Positions 12,347 through 23,800 of a stretch of DNA of 64,000 nucleotides are shown in pieces. Source of the DNA: Guillardia theta CCMP2712 (Eukaryota; Protista; Cryptophyta). The stretch lies in NCBI RefSeq assembly GCF_000315625.1, contig NW_005434644.1, positions 130,973 through 194,972 on the forward strand, written 5' to 3'. Position 1 is the first letter of the stretch. Each line of letters starts with the position of its first letter. The translations under genes and the position numbers were made by a program. Under the pieces are notes generated by a model. That model was not told the DNA's origin and did no database searches. It was given only the letters and a program-made list of their open reading frames with translations.

Positions 12347-15300
12347 TCAAGAAGCTTCATAGAAGATGCTGCGATTGTGGATGTACACGTGACCTCCGTT
12401 CTGATGAGGGGGAGAGACCAGGGCAGGTCTCAACTTGGATTCGTCTTGGAGGAAGGACGTCGGGGAAGAGATCGCGGGAGAAGACATGACGGGAGGAGCG
12501 ATCATGGGAGAATAGATCACGGGAGGAGAGAGCGTGGGAGGAGAGAGCGTGGGAGGAAAGAGCATGGGGGCCTTCGGGGGGGCATGCTGTTCCATAGGGG
12601 TCTACACATGGTGTGAGATTCTGGCAAGGGGCACTGAAAAAGGAGAGGAGAGGAGAGGATACCTTGAGTGTCGACACGATCCTGGCGGCGTTTGCCTGCA
12701 TGGAAATGAGCGCATGAGGGAGCAGCGGGAGGATCACTCTCACATATTTGAATCGGCTCTCCAGGTCCTTCTTTTCCCCTTCTGTCTCTTTCATCTGCAC
12801 ATGGAGGAGTGAGGGGCAGCGAGCAGAAGCGAGAGAAACGATCACCACGGTGTTGAGCTGCATCAGGCGCATCTCAATCTCGTGGGGTGAGTCCTGGATG
12901 GGCACGCGCGGCATCTTCCTGCCATGGATGCGTGTAAGATCCGGGGGAGGGGCTCGAGGATACTTCACATCCAATCCTTCATGTCGAAGAGCGCCGTCAA
13001 GTCCTCCTTGCGGAACTTGTTGGAAGGGCTCTTCCCGGTGATACTGGAAGCCTTCTCTGGCGTTCTGGAGGGGTTGAGAGTCAGCACGAGGGCGAGACAG
13101 AGAGGAGTGTAGGGATGACCTTGCGCTGTCCATGGCGAGACTCTCCTGGCTGTGCCTCTTGGGGTTCTCCTCGGCAGGCAACGTGATCTTTTGCGGGGAC
13201 TCACAGCAGTTGAGGTTGGACGGCGGGAGGATGCTGGGAGGTGCCCACCACACAAAGTCGGCCTTTGCTTGGAAACTGCCAGCTGGGCTCTCTGCCGGAG
13301 CCGATGGCACATCTGCAGGAAAGTGTGAGCTGGGAAAGACTCAAGAGGGGTTGCATCGGCATCTGACCTTTGGGGCGAGTCTTGAGGATGCGAGGAGTCG
13401 TGGTGGAGCTGTTGGGACGAGTTGGCAAGGTGTTCTTTACATGGTTTGAGCTGGGCGACAAGTTGACTGAGGAGAACAGCGGGAAGATATGCTTGTCTGA
13501 TCCTTGATCAAGATGGAACGACTGTCGGCGGATCGACTTCTCCTCCACTGAGATGACCCGCTGCCTGAGAAACATCGCTAGTGTCAGTGGCCTCGGACAA
13601 GTCTGAAGGTGCGAGTGAGACTGTACAAGTAAAACTCTTGGATGAGCTTGCTCCTGAGTAGGGTAATGCAGACGCTTGTATGCTCTGCCGAAGTTGTCAA
13701 GTCTCCTTGCACTCTGACATCCTTCCTGCTTCCCACCTGGTCCCAGCATGAGATTTCGTATCTCCTCTAACGAAAGGTCCTGTAAAAGAAGACTCAGCGA
13801 TTGGAACTGGAGGTCTCTGAACAAACGTTGGCCGGAATGCCATCGATGTTCAGCAAGCGATCTGGCAGCACGGAGTAAGCACCTTGCAAGACAAATGAAA
13901 ACGTTTTTGACCTCCTGACATCGCCACAAACCGCCTTCCATCTATTTGGCAAGAACGAGCCGAACTGTTGCCACAGTCAGAAGGAAATCGCAGACAGCGT
14001 CCCAAGTGAACTCGCCTGCCAATGAGATAGTATGGTCTTGTAGCAGAGATCTTCAAACCAACTCCGAACAGATCAGGGCCCTTCATCCTTCCCGCCTCTT
14101 GGTGGTTGCGAGTGATGGTGGGGTCCACGGGATCTGATGAAAGTTATTTACATTTAAGTTTGATCGAACCCTGAGGACTCACTGTTGTTGTCACTTCTCG
14201 GCCAGAGCATTCTTGGTAAATTGGATGGAGGGTTGTTGTCTGAGACAAAGGTCATAATCCGGTAGATCAAGATTCGAGGCGGGAACACAGACCTCGTGCA
14301 AGATCGCGGAGTGTGGGATCCCAAACGACTTCACAACTATCAAAGGAGATGAGCAAGGTGAGCCGATAGAGAGAGCTGGAGGTCACGTGAAAGGGATTTG
14401 GTGGAGATCAACAAACGGAGGCTGTTTGTCGAGCGAAAACATCATGTCAGAACAACATTCTTGCTGCAGACAAACAGCACCTTCCATGCATCCTGCAAGA
14501 AGGTCTTGTGACGCTCGAGGATCTCGCGCGTGTGCTGTTAGACGTCAACTCACAAGGAACAACTTGCAGCGTGTCGGATAACCTGCAAGAGATTTGAGTA
14601 CCTCTCATGCTCAGGCTGAGAAGTTTCTGGAGCTCCTGAACTCCTCCTGCTCTGAGAGCTCTTGCGCGAGGGGCTCGATTTCGGGACTCCAACCTTCCAT
14701 CTCATCAATGAGGAGTGCAGAGAACAGATGCACTCTTGACGATGATACTCACAAATTGAGAAGGCAGCGTGTCGGTCACGGTCAGCACGACACAATACGT
14801 CACATCCACAATCAATCTGAGATCTGACGTTATAACTCTCAGTACAACCTCTTGCGCGATCTGACCTTGCGATGTCGTCCGAGTTTAGGTTGTAGATACT
14901 ACTCCCCTGAACCTCGTGGATGTAGTTTCCACTCTCTAAGATGCCATAAGCAGGGCCCTCGAATCAGCCACGTGTCAGACGCCGGAGCATTTCTCTTCAT
15001 GAGTTTACGTGGGGGTTGACTTGATATACTTGGCATGGACCGTACAGGGAAGATTTGACGAAGGAAAATCCTGCGCTTCCATCCCTCTTGTATATACTCA
15101 CTTGTTTCACGTGTGCACTGTGATTTGTGTGCATTCGTGCTTCATCATTCACAACATGGTTGTGATGTGGCAGGAAGTTCCCCAGCAGCAGGTCGAAGTC
15201 GCTGTGCGTCACTGCAAAGAAGGCCGAGTCAAAGTTCTTCTGGAGTCAGTGGAAGGCAAGAACGCACTCGCTTCAAAATCTGTCAAAGGGTTGAAAGCCC

Positions 15301-15500
15301 ATCCTGCTCGCGCCTGTGACGGTGGCGAACGAGTGAGCAAAATTGGGAGAATACGTGAGCTACAACAGGCTTTGGATTGACAAGGTAAGTTCATGCAAGG
15401 ATGCAATGGTGAATCGGCTGCGACGACTTGAATGATACAAGACACTGGTGAGATTAGTGGGGTCAATCGTGCTGGGCAGTAATGGTTGTCAGGCATCCAT
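12347..15500 (-). CDS. Multi-exon protein with two PDZ-like domains and Pro/Ser-rich C-terminus
   Basis: PDZ-like fragments: IYKRDGSAGFSFVK and GPAYGILESGNYIHEVQGSSIYNLNSDDIA (~14870-15100); DLFGVGLKISATRP, DRLLNIDGIP and EEIRNLMLGPGG (~13730-14080). The start is uncertain. Confidence 0.55.
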
Positions 15501-15637
15501 CAAGTGAATCAGGGAACGTACAGCTACAGATGAAGGGAAGAAGTGGCGCGAAGGAGAGGGGAGGAGAGGAGAGAGAGGAGAGGAGCAGGCTCGATTGCAA
15601 TTGTGCAGCAGAACGAGGAGTAACAGCAAGGGCAAGA

Positions 15638-15750
15638 GCAGCAGCAGGATCATGAACAGCAGGAGCAGGAGCAGCAGCAGGATCATGAACAGCAGGAGCA
15701 GGAGCAGCAGCAGGATCATGAACAGCAGGAGCAGGAGCAGGAGCAGGAGG
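15638..15750 (+). repeat. 30-bp tandem repeat (~3 copies)
   Basis: agcagcaggatcatgaacagcaggagcagg repeated directly. Confidence 0.85.
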
Positions 15751-16307
15751 GCAGCTGTTGCCGCTGCAGAGGGTAAAGCTACATTTCGACGCAGCCTATC
15801 GCATGACCGCAGGCTCTACCCCTCGTAGGTGATCCCCCTCTCTGACTCCACCCACCCACTCTTCTTCCCTTATGATGATGGTAAGGTACGGGTGTATTAA
15901 GCACCCTACCCCCCTGAAAGTCCAAATGTTGACCGGCAGACGATCGTCGGAGTACGGAGCATCCTAATAAGTATTTTAGTCTCGGCTGAAACTCGATTAG
16001 GTAACTCAGTTCTATATTAGGAACCGCACCACATTCATCAGATACCGTACGGCGTGTCACTGAGGCCCGCCGGACTGGACTGGGCCTGAGCCCACTGGCA
16101 GGCTTCGGTGGCACCCGGCGCCGGCCCCTGGCCCGTCCAACCAGTCGGGCGCCGGGCATGTGAACAGTGTCACCGGGACTCACTCCAGTCCTTCAAGAGG
16201 ACACAGTGTAATGAACTTTATACTAGTAAGTTTCAACTTACTGTGACATTGAACTCAGTTCGGAAAACCCTCAGCAACCTGAAAACTAGCCTGGTAGCTA
16301 GCAAACT

Positions 16308-18330
16308 TCAATAATGTATCACGACTCGCAACTCGTCATTTGGCAGTGACTTGAATGAAGCCTTCATCCTCCTGTCAGCGGTGGCCAGTGGCAGCGCTGG
16401 CCTGAGGCTCATCATTGTATGGAGCATGCAGCTCCACACTGAATGGAAGGCTGAGACAAGGAGGCTGAGAGTCAGGTGCCGACGGAATTTCACTTGAAGC
16501 CTCTGTTACCTGTCGAGGCTGAGGGTCTTCTTCAGGTGAGGGCCGGCCGGGAAGGTGTGCAATCTGTCGTGGAAAGTCAAGGAAGTTTGAGAGACGAATA
16601 CAAGGGAAAAGCGAAAAAGACCTAGCAACATGAGGAGAAGCAGCAGGAGCAGGGGCAGGGGCAGGAGCAGGGGCAGGGGCAGGAGCTGGAGCTGGAGCTG
16701 GAGCTGGAGCAGGAGAAGGAGGCGAATAGAGGACGGGTGACTTGCCAGTAGCAGGAGTTCTTTGGCTGTCGGGCGGACTGAAGGCTCCGTATCCCAAGAC
16801 TTGACGATCAGCTCCGCCAGCTCTTTCCACTCAACCTGCAGCATGACAAGGAGGATCAGTCACAGCAGCAAGCAAAGTCCATGAACAGACAAAGGGACCC
16901 ACCCACTCAATGGGAGGCCGGAGAGTCGAGTGACAGGTCCTGGAATGCGTGAGAGGAGTGGACGGAGGGAGCAGGGGCAAGGCTCGTGTCTCACTCTATC
17001 TTCAGCAGGCAGAGCTCCTTGGGTGTCGTGAAGGGCTTCTGCCCCGTGCAGATCTCCCACATGACCTGCAGGACCAACGGTCGGGACGGCGACAAAAACA
17101 TGAGCAACGGGCTCGCACATACCAGCGCACAGCAGTAGATGTCGGCCTTGACCCCATAGTTCCCCTTCAACGTCTTGGTGCTGTAAACCTGACAGGGGCG
17201 GTCACCCCAGCTGGGTGATCAAGTTGGCTGACCTCAGGGGACATGTAGCGAAGAGTTCCAGTGCACATGCTCATCTCACGGCGAATGCCGGCCTTTGCTA
17301 TCGTCCTGCTAACACCGAAGTCGATGAGCTTCAGGGTCCTGAGGTCCTGCAAGCGACCAGCATCACAGCAGAGCGACGAGGGGGAGTGGGGATGTGAAGG
17401 AGGGCAGAACCTCGGAAAGCTGCAGGTTGTCGGGCTTGATATCACGGTGTAAGATCTAGAACAAGACGTCAAGGACTGACAATGCAAGCCGGTCGTCATT
17501 GTCTCACAGGAAAGTCTCTATCGTGAAGATGCCTGTTGGAACGATATGAAGTCAGAATCCTTCTCCTCTCCCTTCTACCCCTCACCTGACAGCATCTAAC
17601 ATGCACGTTATCCACGACACGATCGTCGCTCTCTTGGGTTTCCACGACCCTCGTTTTTCAAACCGACGGAGGAAATCTCCGAGACTCGGGCCATCCAGAA
17701 GCTCGAGCAGGATGATCGGAGCTTCGCCCGGTACGTCCCGCAGGCCGTAGAAGTCCACCACGTTCGGGTGTGGTCCGACGATGGACATGATCTTCGCTTC
17801 AGTCAGGAAATCGTTGTAGCTGTTGGAAGCAGCATCCTCGCAGAACTGCGGCAGAAGACGCTTTGACGCAACTCTTTTGCCTCTCCACTCGGCCTCGAAG
17901 ACCTCGCCCATCTGCGCATGGAATAATCAAACTCGGTCATCTACCACGATGAAAGCATACAGCCCCCTGTCCTAGCTTTCGTAGGTGCAGAATTTGATCC
18001 GTCACAGGAATCAAGATGGGGTCTACTTTGTCATTCTCGGTCTCCTTGGGATCTGCGCGTGGTAAGACCAGCTACCGGCATTATCGTGCAGGAACGGGGA
18101 ATGGGCGATGTAGAGTGGTGACAGGACGGGAAAAAAACATTCATCACCTGCTGCCTTTGGTAAAGGGCAATCTTGAAGTATCACAGTCTTGAACTGCGGA
18201 GAGCAAACGTCATTCCAGCACAAACAGCACACAAGAAACGCACGTCAGTGATATGTGGATGCTTCTCTGCCTCGAGCTCCTCTGGATGGATGGCCGTGGA
18301 ATGGCCGGCGTCAAACTCCAAATGCACCAT
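16308..18330 (-). CDS. Protein kinase, tyrosine-kinase-like (TKL/MAP3K-like) Ser/Thr type
   Basis: Spliced motifs LGQGA|MGEVFEAEWRGKRVASKRL, HPNVVDFYG, ILHRDIKPDNL, LKLIDFG, CTGTLRYMSPE and LIVKSWDTEPSVRPTAKE. The 3' end is approximate. Confidence 0.9.
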
Positions 18331-19301
18331 TCCTGAAACAAACCATCAAAAACCACCATCAGAGATGGCTTCACATCGGGAAAGATCAGGACCAGAGTGT
18401 TGCTAAGAGTCAACTCTAAGCATCCTGGAGTTAACTCCATGAAATGTACCTTCTCCTCTTCTACCCTCGCTCACTCTCTGACCTCTTGCCCTGCTTCCCA
18501 TTCTGATCACAGTCGATTTTCAAGGCATGGGTTCCATTCTGACACCGATCTTCCTCTCGCCGCATCCTCCCTCCCTCCCTCCCTCCCTCGTTCCCCCACT
18601 TCGCCGCTCCCTGCATTCAGGGAGGCCCCGTCCGATTACGTACTTTTGCGCTTTAAAATATTTTTTAGTCGAAACGTTGTGATACTACATATCTTTGGAG
18701 GATAACGGATTTAGAACGACTTGAGGAACAACGGTTTTTAACGATGTTGTAACGGTCAGTTTCCGAAGTTCCTGGCGCCAAAACCAAGGTATGCGTGATT
18801 CGAGATGGGAGGAGGAGGAGGAGGAGAGGGGGAGAGAGCAGGAGGAGGAGCAGGAAGAGGGAGGAGGAGGACGGAGATGGTAAGCGAGATAAATGCGGAG
18901 ATAGATCAAAGATGTGAGAGAGAAACAAGCATGAGCACTGTTATCGTCCTGTTGCTCAATAGACGATGAGCCAGACCAGCAGGGCCGCAGGAATGTTGCG
19001 AGAGAAAGCATGATTTACATGTTAGGTTGTCGATGCGTCGTGTATGCACCTTTGCAAGAAAGAGATCATGTTCGAGAATGTACTGGGGAGTGAAACTGTA
19101 ATGTGAGGATTGAAAATTGGGTTTAAACCTTGTGAGATTACCTTGTGTGGGGGGGGGGATCTCACCATGCATAAACTTGATCTGTGTTTTCGTGTTGGTA
19201 ATTGAATTCGCAGGACATGTCTCGGCGATTTGAAACCCTTTGGTGCAACAAATACTAGTTCTGAAAGTTGCATCTGAAATTTGATCTTGCGCTGCTTCAA
19301 G

Positions 19302-20719
19302 ATGGATTGTGTTGTTTGCACGGAACGATTGAACAATGAGATTGCAGCTCTCATGTGCGGGCATGTGTTTCACATTGAATGCGTCAAGAACTGGTTCCGT
19401 CGTGGCTTGTCGAAACAAGCTTGTCCGATCTGCAAGCAAACATTTGATGTTTCCAACAAGAACAGGTCGGACAAGCGGATGGTGAAGATATATTTGCCCG
19501 ATATTCTTGACCGTCAGCTGCAAATAAACCATATCGACGACGTTGGCGACATGGACCAAAAGGCCCTGGGGGAGAAACTGCTGCAGGAGAGAAATTATTT
19601 TCGAGCCGTTGAGCAGGAGCTAAGGTTGGAGATTCAGGCTCAAAGAGATTCCAACTTGAATCTCAGTACCGAGAAGGCGCAGCTTGAGGACAAAGTAAAG
19701 CAGCTAGCGACACACAGTGAGAGTGAGCATCGTAAAGCATCGCTGCTATGGGAGAAACTGAATGAAACGCAATCGAGTCTTGCTGCATGCAAAACGGAAA
19801 TGAGAAGGAGTTTGGAGAAGGCCACAACAATGGAAACAGAGCTTGTGAAGCTGCGAAGGATGCAGAGTAACTTCAATTGCTATCAGCTTGTTCAACAGGT
19901 ATGCATATCTCGTCAATGCATGCAAACCTGTGAGTTGCAAATGTTGCCAGGGAAACGACGACAAGGCGTTGGAAGATCTGCAGAGGAACAACTCCGGCGA
20001 CACTTTGCTTGTAGAGCTCAAGAAGATCTTGAATTTTCGCCACACCGCCTTCAAGAAGCTGCAGGAAACTTCCAACGACATGCAGAAAGAGATTCAGCGG
20101 CTGCGAGGAGAACGTGAGCACCTCAAAACGTCTGCCTTGACTTGCAGGCTGCTTTCTGACTCCTTTGCCAGTTGAACGCAAGAGGGCCATCGATCACGGA
20201 CCGTCTGCAAGGCTGGCGGACTACAACCGACCAAAGTTTTCGATGGCTAACAGGAAGGTACCAGAGCTGGATCCCCCTGATCGGCCATGCACATCCTCGG
20301 CTCCGGTGGACAATCGAGTTGGGTCTCGGATTGCTGAGGCAGTAGCTGAGAAGCGGCCAGACGCGACCGATGTTGAAGACAAAGAGAATATGCTGAACAG
20401 TGACATTTCAACCACGACCACGAAGATCAAGGGAAAGAGCAAAGGCAGGAGCCTGCTGAGGCCACAGGAAGGGCAGGTGGTCCGTTCCAACGATCCAGAC
20501 AACGGTGGGAGATTCATTCGCAGCGGGCCAGATGGGATGGGAGGGACGATCAACATTCACCCGGTGCACACTGGCTTCAACCCTCCACCCAGAGCGAGCC
20601 TTCACTCCAGCATGACAACGGAGACATCGGACGGCAACAAGATCAACCACAAGCGAAAGATTGTGCAACCGGAGAAACCAACGTCCATCAAGAAGTTCTT
20701 CAGCAACGTCAGTGTGTAA
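19302..20719 (+). CDS. TRAIP: TRAIP/NOPO-like RING E3 ubiquitin ligase (RING, coiled coil, C-terminal PIP-like motif); 2 introns
   Basis: N-terminal RING CVVC...CGHVFHIECVKNW...CPIC; long coiled coil; FIRSGPDGMGG resembling the TRAIP GxDGxGG motif; C-terminal PTSIKKFF. Confidence 0.75.
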
Positions 20720-20816
20720 CGGGCTGGGTTTGGAAACTGTTCAATGAAATAACTGTGTGTGCTAATGTGTTGAACTCTCTAGTGACATATTAAGGCTTGT
20801 GATACTCCTGCAAGAA

Positions 20817-23800
20817 TCACATGCTGATAGCGCTTGGTTTTTGAATGAAGCAGCTCGGGCATTTATCCCATGCCTTATCCACTGGCTCGCCACAGCTCCT
20901 GCACTCCGTCCAATTCCGAAGGTCCAGAGTTGCGTCACCATCATCAATCATGTCTCCGTAGCCTCCGATAGGGACAGTCGGCTCCGACGGGCTCTGCGAG
21001 GATGCGTCTCCCTCTCCTCTCCTGTGTCCCTGGGACGTCGCCGCGTCAGCCTCGTCCTGCTCAGCCTCATCCTCTCCATCTAGATCCTCGTCAGCTCCTT
21101 TCTTCTTCACCACTTTCGATCTAGTCGACTTGAACTTGTTCGACAGGGCATAGATCTCCATGGCCTTCTTGCCAAAACGAACGAAGGATCGCCATGCGTC
21201 GCCCGAGTCGATGAAAGCCGGGCCTGACTTCTCCACGTACTCCTCGAAGTAGATGAACAGGTCCTCGTCGTTGTTCTCAACTAGCTCGCGCAGGCCTGCG
21301 AGGGTATCCTGGGGAATCCGCACGTCCTGATCCTTCAACCTGGACAGCTGGTCCAGGACCACATAGATGTTGTACGAGTAGACGATGTCAGGAGCTTCCA
21401 GGCCATCTTTCTTCAACTTCGCAGCCTGCCAATCATCGTCAGCGACTGTAGGAGGAGGAGAGGTCTTCGCACCGAGTCAGCTGGTGGGAGGTTGCTGCTT
21501 GCATGCCACAGGCCTCCGATCTGCTTCCTCCTTCGGGGGGCAACGTTGCTCTGCTGTGCGATCACTTCAATCGCCTGCAGCACAAGGTCATCCAACACAG
21601 TCAGGTCACGGCAAACCATCCTCGAACCTTCTCTCGTCTCAGTATGTCCACAATGGTCACTGGTCTGGCCTTCTCGTAGATCGACAGGAGCATCACTGCC
21701 ATAGACTTGTATGTGATCACCACGCCGGCTCCTTTCCTCTGCCTCTGCTTCAAACGCGAAATCGCCATCTTGTACTTGTCGACCTCAGCGACTTTGTTGA
21801 AGCCGAGCTTGTTGTTTCTCATCGACAGCAGCTCCAGAAGCGTGTCGAACCTCTCGAAGTTGATTCCCTCATGTCCTTGAGACGCGTCGAGTTTCCAGAT
21901 CTTTTCCCTCGCATTCGTCGTACGGGGAAAGACCATGATAGAGACAGGTGTCACCCCGTTCAGTTCCATGCTGCTGCCTGCTTCGTTCCAGCAATCGCAG
22001 AACACCTCGAGCTCCTCATGCGACAGCAACGAGTAATCACGTAGGTTGGCTTGAAAGTAAGATGCTATGATAGAGGCGATGAAGGTATTCAGGATCAAGT
22101 AGTTGTTGATGAAAACGAATAAGATGAAGAGTGCGTAAGACCCAATCTCAAGACCACAGTCTGTTTGGAGGTTGCCCCACATGTCCTTATTCTTCCACAG
22201 CCCGAAAGTCTCCAAGTTTGCGCTCTGCGTACTTCCGATGAGCGGGGCAGACGCGTTGAGGTCTAGGGGAGCCCAGGGCAAGGGAGTGCAATACGGAGCT
22301 GCGATGGCCGCCTCCTGAAGGACAGCACCCCATGAATCTCCGCTCGAGACCCGAAACAAGGCAACCAGTGCTGAAGGGAAGTCAGCAAAGTTGTTCTGAA
22401 TCGGGTCAAGCTGAGCTCCTTCCTTGAGCACTGAAAACATGTTGGTGGCTATAGCAGCGAAGATGAAGATCATGATGAAGGTCAAGGCCACGGTAGCGAT
22501 GGCTTGTGGGAAGCTGATCAAGATGGTCTGCATGAGTTTCACGAAGGTAGGTGAGTACTGAAAGATTCGAACCAGTCGAAACATTCGCAATGAGCTCAGC
22601 CCGATTTCAACGCCCAGTTTTGGAAAGACAAACAGCTCTAAAGCATTCATGAAGGTCAAGAACGTGTCGAAAAGCCCGGTGAATGATAGCAGATAACCCT
22701 TCATGTCGGCGATGATGTTGATTGTAAACTCCACACAGTACAACACAAAGCATGCGAACCCACCCCAGAACACAAGAATCTCTTGCGACGCACTGACTCC
22801 ATATCTCATCGAGGCGAGGATCGCGATGTTGAATATGATCGTGGCAGTCATCAAGATTCTGTAACGATAACCGTCCCGAATCGAAGAGAACCTTGCCCTG
22901 AGCTTGCTAATGAAGATGAAGAAAGGGTGGGCTTCCAGCTCTTCCTCCTGGTTGCGAGCATACTTGAAAGGATTCGGCATGAACTCGAACGCATCTCTCG
23001 TGGCGGGCCAGACGAGTTGCTCCTTGAGATGAAATGCTAGGCCTGACTTCAGACGCATGTTCGTCAAGAGCAAACCGATTGCTATCTGCGAGACAAAAAC
23101 TCCAACGATGAGCGAGAGGACTATGACGTATATCGCAGCAGAGGCATTGTAGTTTTTGATTTGTGCCAAGTCTCGTCCGGTCACACTCAACAACGCTATG
23201 AGCATCTCCTGGAAGTAACTTCTGTTGATCATACTGTAAATGGTGAACATCGCAGAGTATATACTCTCGAAGTTCAGAGGTGCATTCTGCCATATTCGAG
23301 GGATGAGAATCGTAAAATCGCTGCTGCTAACGCTCTTAAAGTTTGCGATGCTGTATGCCGATGGGACGCTCTCCTTAGTCCCGAAGCAGGCTCTCTTGTT
23401 CATCTTACAGTAAGAGAACAATCCTCCTGCAGTCGCATTGTACGCACACTGCCCCACAAATCCAGGGAAGCATTCGGAATCTTTCGTACACTTTGTTCCA
23501 GTCAGATCGATAACGTCTTCGGTGACGCATCGATAAAGCAGGCCCATGTACTGGTCCATGCCAACTAGAGCGAAAACGAAAGTCAAGATGATGACTGCAC
23601 ATACAAGCACGAATATGCCAGGCATGCTTGCTCCTAACCCTTGCAAGACCAATCTTAGTGGATTGTTGGGCCCTCCGATGTACTGCAACCGAGCCAACAG
23701 CCTGAGGATACGGAGGGATCGAAACCCTTGCAAAATCTTTGTGTTCGATCCAAGGTTTATGACAGATGGGAAGAGAGTAACAATGACATCCAGCGCTTGC

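Noticed and set aside
15638-15750. Direct repeats as a possible CRISPR array
   Set aside because: Head-to-tail units without unique spacers, no cas genes, eukaryotic context.
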